Positions 37,476 to 49,674 of a stretch of DNA of 64,000 bases are shown piece by piece. The stretch lies in NCBI RefSeq assembly GCF_963921235.1, contig NC_086106.1:34100001-34164000 (forward strand), in the 5' to 3' direction. A model generated the notes under the pieces. That model did no database searches. It saw only the letters and a list, made by a program, of their open reading frames with translations, and was not told where the DNA came from. A program made the position numbers and the translations under genes. The DNA comes from Mobula hypostoma. Taxonomy: Eukaryota. Each line of letters opens with the position of its first letter. Within the stretch, counting starts at the first letter, position 1.

Positions 37476-38455
37476 TGTCACGAACCCCGTGATGGAAATA
37501 AAGAACCAGCAGAAATAGAAAACACTTTAGTGTCCAGTATTGCTATAAACTAGTAATATTTATTAGTAACTACGCAATAAAGTAATATAAATGTAGATAA
37601 ATCAAACAGATTAGCAACAATTTTATATATAAAAAAGTAAGTATATCAGTAAGTGTGGAATCTATGTATGAAAAACATAGCTTCTTTAAGTCTAGGGGTA
37701 AAAAGATACAGTCTTATGATGATGAGTAAAGTTCAGTTTAGTTCAGTTTGTGATATTGAGTTGAGTAGTGATAGAGAGAGAGAGGGAGAGATTTGAGTCT
37801 TCAGGTGAGCTGACGCCATCGATCTTCTTGTTGTCCTTTGAACTCCTTTCAAAGTCACTGACTGTGACTGTAACAAAGGGGAACAGTTTTCTGTGGTGGA
37901 GCTATCCTCCAGGCGAGGGTGGACACATGGACAACTCCCCACCAGTCAACTCTTTTCCTCCTTTCCACTGCAAGAGCGACGGATCCATCCGCCTGATTGA
38001 TCCTCCAAAACCCACTTTTCCCGTGGGCACAACAAGCTCATTCAGTGTCCAGAACATGTGTCTCAGGTCTATCATATGACTTCCTATTTTATCTTCCCGT
38101 GCTGAGCATCAACTCTCTTTAAAATAACTCCTCCTTCCTCTGTCTGCGAAGAAATGCACAAGCAGGCGAACTGTGCTTGAGAAGTGTCAACAACCTGCCG
38201 AAAATCATAACATCGAGTGTCCATTAAATAACACCACCTTCGGTCACCATGGCAGCTTACGAGCTGCTCGGTAGTATCTCTAACTCCAACTCAGTAGTAA
38301 TCCAAAGTTACTTCCAGTGCTTTAAAGTGACAGTCCAACAGTTAGTCTTCGTCTCTCTCTCTCTCTCTTACAAACAACATGTTGGTGTTAAATGACTCTC
38401 TCTCTCTCTCTTTTCAGAAGCACAGTTCATAGGGGTAATTCAGGATCCCGTCACA
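37476..38455 (-). repeat. 5' LTR (980 bp) of the Gmr1-like element
   Basis: Termini TGTCACG / CGTCACA on + strand; 38193-38455 aligns to 33657-33911. Confidence 0.88.
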
Positions 38456-38575
38456 ATGGATAGTAGGGATATGGATGGCTATGGTCATGGTGCCGCTCCA
38501 CGGGAATAGGAAGACTATATGGTTTTGCCATGGACTAAATGGGTTGTACCTGTGCTGTACTTCTTTATGACTCTA
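38456..38575 (+). mobile_element. CR1 3' terminus (probable distal part of the CR1 at 32960-33656)
   Basis: atggatagtagggatatggatggctatggt...actaaatgggttgtacctgtgctgtacttctttatgactct is the CR1 3' end. Confidence 0.65.
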
Positions 38576-38649
38576 AGATCTTTGAAATAATAATATTGAA
38601 TTGCTAAGATAAATCCAGAAACATCATTTTTTGTATTCTACGTGTGTCA

Positions 38650-39029
38650 GGCCCAGAAGCATGACTGATGCTGTGGTATCTATCACAGATCGGTTCTATC
38701 AGTAAGTGTATTGGTGAGTGTTCAATGTGGCAAAACTCGTTTTTGATATGTGTCATTTCCAGCCCCTCAAAGTACTTCAGAATGATTTGTGTCAATGTCA
38801 TCGGCCGGTAGTCATTTATTTCTGAAGGTGTAGAGTTCTTTCGTACACGGGTGATGGTGGCTGATTTTAACTTCTAGTACAATAGCCTGGATGACTGAAG
38901 TATGGAAGATGTTTATGAAGTCGTCAGTGAGTAGGTGTGCACACTCCCTGAGTACTCGGTCAAGGATATTGGTTGGTCCTGTCGCTATAGGGGGATTGAC
39001 TCTCTGCAGAGTCCTTCGCACCCTGGCCT
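38650..39029 (-). mobile_element. Rex1/Babar RT fragment
   Basis: VRRTLQRVNPPIATGPTNILDRVLRECAHLLTDDFINIFHTSVIQAIV and DYRPMTLTQIILKYFEGL. Confidence 0.75.
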
Positions 39030-42000
39030 CCTGGGTGCCAGGGTCCGGCATGCATCCTGGTATGAGAGGGAAAGCAACCAGAAGTCGTGATACAGGTTGG
39101 CACCAATGACGTAGGCAGGAAGAGGGATGAGGTCCTGAAGTGTGAGTTTGGGAACTAGGCCGAAGGCTGAAGAACAGGACCTCAAGGGCCGCGTTCTCAG
39201 GATTGCTGCCAGTCCTACGTGATAGTGACGTTAAAATTGGAGGAGATGGTAGTTGAATGTGCGGCTGAGGAGTTGGTGCAAGGGGCAGGGTTTTAGATTT
39301 CGGGATCATTGGGATCTCTTCTGGGGAAGGTGAGACCTGTACAGATTGGATGGGTTGCACATGAACTCGAGGGGGAGCAATATCCTTGCAGGTAGGTTTG
39401 TGAGCATGGTTCAGGAGGGTTTAAACTAATTTGCAAGGGGGATGCGACCCAGAGCAATAGAGCAGTGGAAGACATGAATGGAATAAAGCCAGATCTAACA
39501 TATAAAGAGGTTTTGAGGAAAGAAAAGCAGAATAAATGGTGTAAAGGTAGTAATGTAGAAGGGTGAAAGTGCGTGCACTTCAATGCATTACAGAGAGTGG
39601 ACATTACAGAGACTTGGCTGGCACCAGGGCGGGAATGGATTGCCAATATTCCTGGATTTCAGTGCTTTAAAAGGGATAAAGGGGAAGGGGGGGTGAAGGG
39701 AGGAGGGGTGGCATTAATGGTCAGGGATACTATTACAGCTACAAAAAGGGTGGGTAATATAGCAGGATTGTCCTTTGAGTCAGTATGGGTGGAAGTCAGG
39801 AAAGGGAAGGGAGCTGTTACTCTTTTGGGAGAATTCTATAGGCCCTCTGTTGGCCGCACAGATACTGAGGAGCAGATTGGGAGGTGCAAAAATAACAGGA
39901 AGGTGCAAAAATAACAGGGTTGTTAACATGACTTTAACTTCCCTAATATTGATTGGCACCTGACAAGTTCCAGTGGTTTAGACAGAGCATAGTTTGTTAA
40001 GTGTGTCCAGGACGTTGACAGCCCGGCTGGGGGAATGCTATACTAGATTTAGTATTAGGTAACAAAGCAGGTCAGGTCACAGATCTCTCAGTCGTGAGCA
40101 TCTGGGGGACAGTGACCACCGCTCCCTTGCTTCTAGCATTATCATGGAAAAGGATAGAATCAGAGAGGACAGGAATTTTTTTTTAAATTGGGGAAGGGCA
40201 AATTATGAGGCAAATTATGAACTTGTGGGTATGAATTGGGATGATGTTTTTGCAGGGAAATGTACTATGGACATGTGGTCGATGTTTATGGATCTTTTGC
40301 AGGATGTTAGGCATAAATTTGTCCCAGTGAGGAAGATAGAGAATGATTGGGTGAAGGAACCATGGGTGACAAGTGAGGTGGAAAATCCAGTCAGGTGGAG
40401 GAAGGCAGCATACATGAGGTTTAGGAAGCAAGGATCATATGGGTCTATTAAGGAATATAGGGTCGCAAGAAAAGAGCTTAAGAGGGTCTGAGGAGCGCAA
40501 GAAGGGGGCATGAGAAGGCCTTGGCGAGTAGCGTAAAGGAAAACCCCAAGGCATTCTTCAATTAAGTGAAGAACAAAAGGATGACAGGAGTGAATGTATA
40601 ACCGATTAGAGATAAAGGTGGGAAGATGTGCCTGGTGTCTGTGGAAGTGAGTGAGGTCCTCAATGAATACTTCTCTTCGGTATTGACCAATGAGAGGGAA
40701 ATTGATAACGGTGAGGACAATATGAGTGAGGTTGATGTTCTGGAGCGTGTTGATATTAGGGAGAGGAGGTGTTGGAGTTGTTAAAGTACATTAGGACGGA
40801 TAAGTCCCTGGGGCCTGACAGAATGTTCCCCAGGCTGCTCCATGGTGCGACAGAAAAGATTGCTGAGCCTCTGGCTAGGATGTCTGTGTCCTCGTTGTCC
40901 ACAGGAATGGTACCGGAGGATTGGAGGGAGACGAATGTTATACCTTTGTTCAAAAATGTAGTAGGTATAGTCCGGGTAATTATAGAGCAGTAAGCCTTAC
41001 CACTGTGGTGGGAAAGCTGCTGGAAAAGATTCTTCGATGTAGGATCTGTGGGCATTTAGAAAATCATGGTCTGCTCAGGGACAGTCAGCATGGTTTTGTG
41101 AAGGGCAGATCATGTCTAACAAGCCTGATGGAGTTCTTTGAGGAGGAGACCAGGTATATAGATGTGGGTAGTTCAGTGGATGTCATCTAAATTGATTTTA
41201 GTAAGGCATTTGACAAGGTTCCATACGGTAGGTTTATTCAGAAAGTAAGAAGGAATGCGATCCAGGGAAGTTTAGCCAGGTGGATTCATAATTGGCTTGT
41301 CTGCAGAAAGCAGAGGGTCGTGGTGGAGGGGGTACATTTGGATTGGAGGGTTGTGACTAATGGTGTCCCACAAGAATCGGTTCTGGGACCTCTGCTTCAT
41401 GATTTTTTTTAACGACTGGATGTGGGGGTAGAAGGGTGGGTTGGCAAGTTTGCAGACGAGACAAAGGTTGGCGGTGTTGTGGATAGTGTAGAAGAATGTC
41501 AAAGATTGCATAGAGACAAGGATAGGCTGCAGAAGTGGGCAGAGAATTGGCAGTTGGAGTTCAACCTGGGAATTGTGAGGTGGCACACTTTGGAAGGACA
41601 AACTCCAAGGCAGAGTAGAAAGTCAATGGCAGGATAGTTGGTAGTGTTGGGGAACAGAGTGATCTGGGGTACCTGTCCACAGACCCCTGAAAGTTGCCTC
41701 ACAGGTGGATGGGGTAGTTAAGAAAGATTATGGTGTGTTAGCTTTCATAAGTCGAGGGATAGAACTTAAGAGTCGTGAGGTAATGATGCAGCTCTATAAA
41801 ACTCTGGTTAGGCTACACTTGGAGTACTGTGTCCATTTCTGGTCGCCTCACGATAGGAGGGATGAGGAAGCATTGGAAAGGGTACAGAGGAGATTTACCA
41901 GGATGCTGCCTGTGGAAGTATGCATTATGATGAGAGATTTAGGGAGCTAGGGCTTTACTCTTTTGAAAGAAGGAGGATGAGAGGAGACATGATAGAGGTA

Positions 42001-42313
42001 TAGAAGATATTCAGAGGAATGGATCTTCGCCAGAGCACCACTGCTCAATAGAAGAGGACATGGTTTTAAGGTAAGGGATGGGAAGTTCAAGGGGGATATT
42101 AGAGGAAGGTTTTTCACTCAGGGAGTGGTTCGTGCGTGGAATGCACTGCCTGAGTTTGTGGTGGAGACAGATAAACTCGTGAAATTTAAGAGCTAGACAA
42201 GTATGTGGAGGAAATTAAGGTGGGGGTTATATGGGAGGCAGGGTTTAAGGGTCGGCACAACATTGTGTGGCGAAGGGCCCGTACTGTGCTATACTATTCT
42301 ATGTTCTATGTTC
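39030..42313 (+). mobile_element. CR1 LINE (ORF1 SGNH-esterase part plus ORF2 APE/RT), decayed
   Basis: ORF1: GARV...PEVVIQVGTNDVGRKRDEVLK...SGLLPV...DGLHMNSRGSNILAGRF (SGNH blocks); ORF2: DITETWL, VGKLLEKILR...SQHGFVKGRSCLTSL, LYKTLVRLHLEYCVHFWSP; (TTCTATG)n tail at about 42295-42313. Confidence 0.92.
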
Positions 42314-42769
42314 TAAAGAGCACCTTTGGAAATCCCAGTGTGCTTCCTCGAGACATCAATTCAAATAAAATGCTTCACGCGAGTCTTGATTTTCAAATTA
42401 GATTCAGGCTTGGATTACGATATTTTTAATTTTCACAGGCAATTTCCAGTCAGAAAACATTAATATGTGATGAAGAGTAGCTTATCATGCACTCAACTCA
42501 GGAAAGATCAATGGCATATGAATTTGTTGAACAGTGGGAGGGATTTGGTGTGACCCAGAAAGCCCCAAGTTGGCCTATGCATGTCCATGCAAGGTTCTAC
42601 GTTGGTAGAGCTGTGAGCTATCAGTTCTATTAGCTGTTTTCTGGAAGCCCCCCTTCATGGAATATGAGTGGTTATTGTCATTTAATGTCGTTCATATAGT
42701 ATGCTGTCCAACCATCTTTCCTAAACCAACAGCTTTACATTGCCATGACTATACTTTCCAATAGTCACC

Positions 42770-43010
42770 TCCATGCCTTTCACTTCATTCTAACTCCCTC
42801 ACTAAATTATCTTTCTCCTCATCTGTCTTCACACGCGGGTACTCTTTCCCTCTCCCCAACTTCTTATTCTAGCTTGTTCTTCCTTCCTTTCCAGTACTGA
42901 TGAAGGGTCTCAGCCTCAAACATCGACTGTATATTGCCTCCATAGATACAGTATTGCCTAACTTGCAGAGTTCCTCCAGAATTTTACATGGGATTTCCAG
43001 CAGCTGCAGA
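42770..43010 (+). mobile_element. Penelope-derived 3' repeat with decayed hammerhead motif
   Basis: CT-rich tract then CAGTA CTGATGA AGGGTCTCAGCCT CAAA C ATC GACTG (42892-42929) and gagttcctccag. Confidence 0.7.
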
Positions 43011-43229
43011 AACTCTTGTATGTACACTCCAGCTGCCTCTTTGCTTACTTACCAAACCTGTTCATACATAATTGCAGATCTTTGTGTCTTTCTAGTATTC
43101 ATCTATTTAGTGCAACAGACTTTAACATCGAAGCTTTATACAAACAATCATAAATGCATCAGAATAATAGCTTCCCTTATGTCTGTGTGTGTTGTGTCCT
43201 TTTATCCCACCGGTTACGTTGTCAAAGAA

Positions 43230-44140
43230 CTTTGAACAATGACAAGCCAGGAAACTACAGGTCACTCAGGTTTATATCACTGGTAGGGAATACACTTGAG
43301 GGAATTCTGAGCGACAGGAACTGGAGAAGTTAGTGTGGCTTTATTTGTGGGAAGTCATGCATGATGAATATTCTAGAGTTTTTGAAGAAGTAAACAAAAT
43401 AGTAGTTGAGGGTAGAGCTGGACCTTCGATTATATCCCACATGGTAGGCTGGTCTGGAAGGCCAGGAATCCAGACAAAGGCAGTTAGATGAATTCAAAAC
43501 TGGCTGGGAGGTACGAAGCAGTTTGGTAGCTGAAGGTTGTTTTTCAGAAATTAAGCTGGTCTAAAGGGATGTCTTTGTATTCTGAGTCTCTGCCCACTGG
43601 TCCTAGCGTCCCTCACGATAGGAAACACTACCTGCACTCCAACTACTATGGGATTAATTCCATCATCCAAATCATTGACATATAACCTGAAAAGAAGCGG
43701 TCCCAACACCTACCCCTGTGGGACACTGCTAGCCGCTGGCAGAAAACCAGAAAAAGGCCTCCTTTATTTTGCCTTCTGTCAGTCACCCAATCTATCAATG
43801 CTAGTATTTTTCCAGTAGGACCATGTCCTATAATTTTGTTTAGCAGCTTCATCTACAGCATCATGTCAAAGACCTTCAGAAAACCCAAGTAAACAGCATT
43901 CACCGACTCTTTTTAGTCTATCTTGCCTGATATTTCCAAAAAGAACTCTGGCAGATATGTGGGGTAAGATTTTCCCTTCACTAAACCATGCTGAATTGGC
44001 CTGATTTTTCGTGTGCCTTCAAGTACCAAATTCTTGATCAATTAGGGAAATGGACCAAGGAGATTCAATACTGCTAAGTGTGAGGTGATGGATTTTGGAA
44101 AGTCAAACCAGCATAGGACTTATCTATCAATGGTAGGGCA
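43230..44140. mobile_element. Mixed-orientation decayed CR1 RT fragments
   Basis: Plus-strand piece (NYRSLRFISLVGNTLEGIL-like) at about 43240-43560; minus-strand piece (MKLLNKIIGHGPTGKILALIDWV) at about 43620-44030. Confidence 0.65.
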
Positions 44141-45371
44141 TTTCCATCAGCTACGAGTGAACGGTTGATGGTAAAACACAAACCGCACCACATCGGGTCT
44201 CCGGAAACAGTAGTTTATTTAATCTTCCAGAATTATATTCCTCTGAGATTTGAAATGGAGACGGGACATATAATGAATTCATTGATATCGTCTGCACTTC
44301 TCAGTTCGAGCTGCTGAACCGTTTCTGACATTTCCTTTCTTTTCAAAAAAGAAATAACAAACACTTATACCGTTAAATGTCAGGGAACTGCAGCGAATTA
44401 TTCATTGTTTCCTTTTCAATGCTGAGAAGCTTTAGTAAATATGCCAAAGCAAGTTGAAGGAAATGTGTCTGTTACTGATAATCTCAAGAATATTTCCAGT
44501 GTTTACTGGCTGCATAGCGAAGTAGGAAACGGACTGAAAAGTCATGAATCACGGGCGGCATGCGGAAACTGCAGGAATGTCCGGAAATTGAATTATGTTA
44601 TCCATGTCGAAAAGAGGCGACTGCATTTCGAAAGTCTGTACTAATTTTCATCCACAGCGCAGCACGTATTCCTCCGCATCATTCCCCAGGTGAATAGTGT
44701 CTGTTTTAATACCCCATTGCCATCTACCATAGCCCAACCCATCTCATTTTCGCCCTTCTCCGCAAAACCCCATTCGTTCAATGTACCACACATCTCACAG
44801 ACATGCACCGAATCAGAGAAGAAGCACAACTCCAATGTCCCACACGCTCAGATCTCTATTAAAAGATAGAAACATGCATTTTACTTGACAACATGTTCAG
44901 TCATAAACTCTACTCGTTTCCACCCCACCGGCCCGACCAGAGTTGCATTATGAGTAGAATAAAACACGGGCTCTTTGTTCCACACTCATCCCTGTAAAGT
45001 TGTGGAGTGAGGAAGGATCACGGAGTTTTCAGCACAGAAATGGGTGTTTGGCTCATTGGTCTGTCAATGTTATGCTTCAAGTTTTGACTTTTAAATCACG
45101 GCAATATATGATCTTGCCCTATGAATGGATTATGTGGACCCAACTTTCAGTATCTACAGGTTGTACAGAGCAGCCGAGTGCAGAAACTCGAAGTGAGCTG
45201 ATAGACGGTGCATAATTCGAAAGAAAACTTAGACTTTCGGCCTTCATCACATTGACAAGTTCAGGAGTTTTCAAAGGTAGGATGCATACAGAACCTAGTG
45301 CTTTCCTCTGCTGGGGACGGGATGGCAAGAGAACAACTTTACATTCCGAGATGTCGTTGATTTCAAGAAAA

Positions 45372-47490
45372 TGGTTACAGTTATGGATCCTGCAACCGCT
45401 TGTGCTGTCGGGGGCTGTACAAATGAGCGCTGCATCAGTAGCTCCATCTTTCATGGTTACGGGCGAGTGCCTGGGTTTCGGCAAAGCTCTCTCCGGCCCA
45501 CGCCGCAATGTTTTCCGGACATTTCCTCTTTCTGCCCCTTTTTCTTCCCCTGCACCCCTGAAGAATGGGCTTTGTGAGTCCACCTGATCTTGTTATGTGG
45601 CCATACCATCTCAGTTTATTCTTGTTTACTGTGGGCAGTAGGTCTTCGTAATCTCTCACGTGCTGCGTCATGGCTTTTCGTACTTCGTCTTTTGAGACAT
45701 GGTCTGTCTGTATAGGGGATGCCAAGGAGACTTCTGAAGCATCTCATTGCTACTGCCTGGATCTTCTTTTGCAGTTCTGCTATCAAAGTTCATGATTCTC
45801 ACGCATACAAGAAGGTAGAGAGCACAAGTGCATGAAATAGTTTCCGAGAGCGATGTTATTGTCTCTCAAGACTGGTTTTAGTTTAGCCAACATTGCTGTT
45901 GTTTGATCTGTTCTTGGAAGGACTTTCGGCTTTGATTCTTGTTGGGTGATGATGGCGCCAGGATACTTGGACTGTTTGACAATCTCTAGTTCTTGTCCAT
46001 TCACTGTGATTTTTGTTGAGATTGGCTTCTCACTGTTTCTCACCAGCTTGGTGTTCTCTATGCTGATCTCCATGCCATATCTAGTAGATGTACTGTCCAG
46101 ATGCTTCACAAAGCAGGCCAATTCACCCTTACTTCCTGCCAATCCATCAATATCATTGGTAAACCTGAGGTTGGTTATGTCCTGTCTTGCGATGCTGACT
46201 GTACCGATGTGGTCTTTCAGGGCATCTGTCAGTACTTGCTCCAGGAAAATGTTGAACAGCGTGGGTGAAAGAAGGTGGCCTTGTCGGACTTCAACTGGTG
46301 TGCGGAATCACTCTCCAACTGTGCCTTGGACAAATACCGCACTGCTACCTTTGGTGTAGAGCTGCTTGATGGTTTGGATCAGCTTCTGTCCATGTTCTAT
46401 CACATCATTGTGGCCTAGAGTGCATTATGCTACACCCTATTGGATACCTTCTTCAAGTCTATGAATACAAAGCAGATATCCTGATGATGTTGTTTGTATT
46501 TCTCGCTCAGTACTCGGAGGTTGAATATCTGCTTGGTTGTACTACTTCCAATTCTGATTCCAGCCTGTTCTTCGGCGATTTTGCCTGTGGTTTCAGTTTG
46601 TTTAAGATGACTTTCAACATCACTTCACTTACATGGCCGATAAGACTTACAGTTCTATAATTCTGACACTGCTGTAAGTGGCCTTTCTTGGGAAGAGTGA
46701 TGATGTGTGATTTTGTCCAGAGTGTTGGCCATTTCTCGGTCTGCCAGATTTTGTTGCAGATATTGGTGCAGAATTTTATCGCTGCCTCTCCTCCATGTTT
46801 TATCAGCTTGGCTGGGATGTTGTTTCTTCCTGCAGCTTTCCCATTCTTCAGCGATACTATGGCTGCTTCTACTTCTTCCTGCAGAATTGGAAGTCATCAT
46901 CATTTGACAAGTCCTGGCTTGAGTATGCTGGGGTCTTATTGGACCTCATGGTTGTATAGGTCTGAACAATATTCACTCCATCTGATGAGAATGCATTCAT
47001 CTTCTGTGAGACAGTTTCTTTTTTTGATTTGGAGTTGAGACTCGTGTCTGTCTTTGTTTCGTCAGGTCCTTCAAAATTTGAAATGCTCGCCTGTTGTTTT
47101 TGTTCAGCCTATCTTCTAACTCTGTACACTGTCTCTCAATACATTCTTCCTTGGCTTTAATCATGTTTTTTCCTGATCGTGCTTGTCTCTCTGCATACCA
47201 CTGCTCCTGTTGTTGTGTTCTTAAATTTCTTTAGGTCTCTTCCAGTTGCACACACTTCCAGGATCTTCTCTATTACCTAGGGTTGGGTTTTCTGGCCGTG
47301 TTTTCCAAGTATCTCATTCGCTGTTTCTGTCCTCACTTCACTGAACATAGCTGTCAACATTTGAACATCTTCATCAAGTATCAGCTGTGGTGCAAATTTT
47401 CTGCCAGCTGTATCTTTGAAGGATTTGGCGATGGAGGGGTCTTTCTGTCTTTCCAAGTTGACTTTCATTCTGATGTTCTGTGTACCACTT
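45372..47490 (-). mobile_element. RTE-clade LINE, 5'-truncated (about 2.1 kb)
   Basis: Peptides PLPKKGHLQQCQNYRTVSLIGH, GVRQGHLLSPTLFNIFLE, NLRFTNDIDGLAGSKGEL, YGMEISIENTKLV, KLRWYGHITRSGGLTKPILQG..GRKRGRKRK are RTE RT/C-terminal motifs; short TAAC-like tail at about 45372-45385. Confidence 0.88.
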
Positions 47491-47639
47491 GGAGGCAACG
47501 AGAGAGATTTAGGAGATGGATGAGGACCAGTGATGCCCGTCCTCCCGACTAGGTAGAGTGCAGCTGCCAGACATCAAAGGTACTACCTCTATCCAGAGCC
47601 CCCTGCACCAATAGAAAATGATAAGATTGGGGAAATAAA

Positions 47640-49000
47640 TCTTACCATCTACAACACAGAAACGGCCACTAACGGTTCACCTGTTCCTTAACAACAATCA
47701 TACTTCCCTGTGTGAGGCTGGATTTCCTCTCTTCCTATATAGGCATCTGTACAATTGTCTTTTAAACGGTGTAGTTGTGTCCATTTCTACTACCACCTCT
47801 AGCAGCTTGTTCCAGATAACTATCACCCTCTGTGTGAGAACCGTTTCCCTTCAGATCTCATTAAAATTTCCTCTCTCTCACCTTGAACCTGTGGTTTCTA
47901 ATTCTATACTTGACTGCCTTTGGAAAAACCGCCCTTCCTTCCTCTCATAACTTCAGGGGCATGCCCATCCCTCCAGCGTTTCATTGGTAACAATAGCACT
48001 CAACCCAATCTCTGCTTGTAACTGGAGTCCTCAATTTCAGGTAACATCCCGCTGAATCTCTTCTGCTCTCTTGTACTGCCTGATCCTTCCTGCAGCGTGG
48101 TGACCAGAACCATACACTGAATGACTTAAACTCAATGAGCAATCGATTCTTTCCTGTCCTGCCACATCCCATCATAAATGGCCCACGAATAATCCAGTAT
48201 GAACAATTTAGTCCAGATAATTCGACCTTGAGTAATTCTCTTAACTATAATGTTCTTCCCACACAAAACCGATTTCCCACTGCCTCAGTTTTTGCATCAA
48301 ATCGTGGAATACCATGAACTAATCCAGGTCTACCTACAGATAGCCACGAAGTGTTTTTACAGTATCCAATGACGGAAAATCATTTTGTCTCAGTGTCCCA
48401 CGAACGTCGAACATAGAATGTTACAGTACGGGAATATAATTCTTAACATTCCTCTCACGGCATATGGGTGTGCCCGTCTAAAAGCCTTTTCAAGGCTACT
48501 ATCGTGTCTCCATCACTACCCCGGCAATACCTACCACACACTATCTTAAAAATAAATAGCCCTGTACGTTGCCTAAACCCACCCCTCGCTTTAAAGTCAT
48601 TCTCTCTTGTATTCGACATTTGTGCCCGGGACAGTGATTCTGGCTGCCATGCCTCTTATGAGTTTATAAGCTATCGGTCGCCCCTTAGCCTACTATGCTC
48701 CAGAGAAAACACTGCACATTTATGCAACATCTCCTTATAACTCATGTCCTCTGATCCATGCAGAATCCTTATAACCCTCCTTTTTCATCCTCAACAGAGA
48801 CTTCACATTATTTCTATAACGGAGCCACAGACCTACAGAAAATATTGTAACCAAAATTTTATACATCTGCATCTCGACTTCCTGACTCTTACACTCAAGA
48901 CCCCTAACGACGAGGCAAGCATGCTTTACTACTCTATCGAAATGCGTTGCAACTGCGGTATGGACTTCGGCCCGAAGAATTCCTGTATCATTTCAGAATA
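47640..49000 (-). mobile_element. Two decayed CR1 3' fragments (47640-48130 and about 48400-49000)
   Basis: Antisense CR1 3' UTR (aacatagaatgttacagtac...) and ORF2 end remnants. Confidence 0.65.
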
Positions 49001-49674
49001 ATCCGACGGTAGTATGGTATATACATTTTCATCTTCGCCCTAAAAAGATGGTCGAAACTTTTGCAGAACTCTGTTGCTCTGTTGGAAAATCGAAACCCTC
49101 AATTTCTTCAATATTTGGCTTCCAGTGTCGTCGAGGTTCATCACCTCAATACAGACCCGTGTTCATGAAGTGTGACGTGAACTCTATCACTACTTCGTAC
49201 ATAGTTGTGCATTGTACTGTAAAAAGTACAAAGTTTGTTATAATATGTAATGCAACCAACAAAAAGATCGATAATAAATGTACTTTGAACTTTGATTGGA
49301 AATCGCAACTTGTATATGACTTCAGGGTAATTGTGATGTCACAGTGGTGATATATAATTAAAGCGAAGGATTTTGAGTCGAATTTCTTGCGTTCATGCAG
49401 CTTTTGTTTCAGATTTCATTACTTGTCCTCCGAACCTTGTTACAGAAATTGAACATAGCGATATTGTCAAGGAACTAGCCCGAACCTGATATCACGAGTT
49501 ACTTTGATTCCCAGCATCTGCAGATTTTCGCTTGTTCTTGATCATGATTTGGTGTTGTAGGTTGAAAGCTCGCAGGGTTGCATATTGATGTTCAGCAACA
49601 TTGCTGACAAGTCTTGCTGTCAAAATAATCTCAAAACAGATTTATCTACCAAAAGCAATTATTAAAGCAACACA

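Larger units (their letters stand above)
33657..38455 (-). mobile_element. Gmr1-like Ty3/Gypsy LTR retrotransposon (gag-PR-INT-RT-RH order), decayed, 3' LTR truncated
   Basis: 5' LTR 37476-38455 (TGT...ACA), PBS, gag remnants (37417-36572), integrase H2C2 (GHHGVRKTVNRIMKEFYWP) and core (MDCVGP...DQGCNFTS...YHTESKGALER) at 36321-35460, then RT (FDLVKGYWVVPL...NAPGTFQRMI...YINDL) at about 35000-34500 and RNase H (PVLKAPDFSKPF...HPVAYFSK) at about 34470-34050, PPT, 3' LTR remnant. Confidence 0.92.

Noticed and set aside
39020-39044. 8-bp inverted repeat (ACCCTGGC/GCCAGGGT) at the Rex1-CR1 junction
   Set aside because: Both elements plausibly encode A-R-V here; too short to distinguish fold-back from coincidence.
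39882-40220. Short tandem duplications (18 bp at 39882-39918; 11 bp at about 40198-40220)
   Set aside because: Ordinary slippage events within a decayed CR1.
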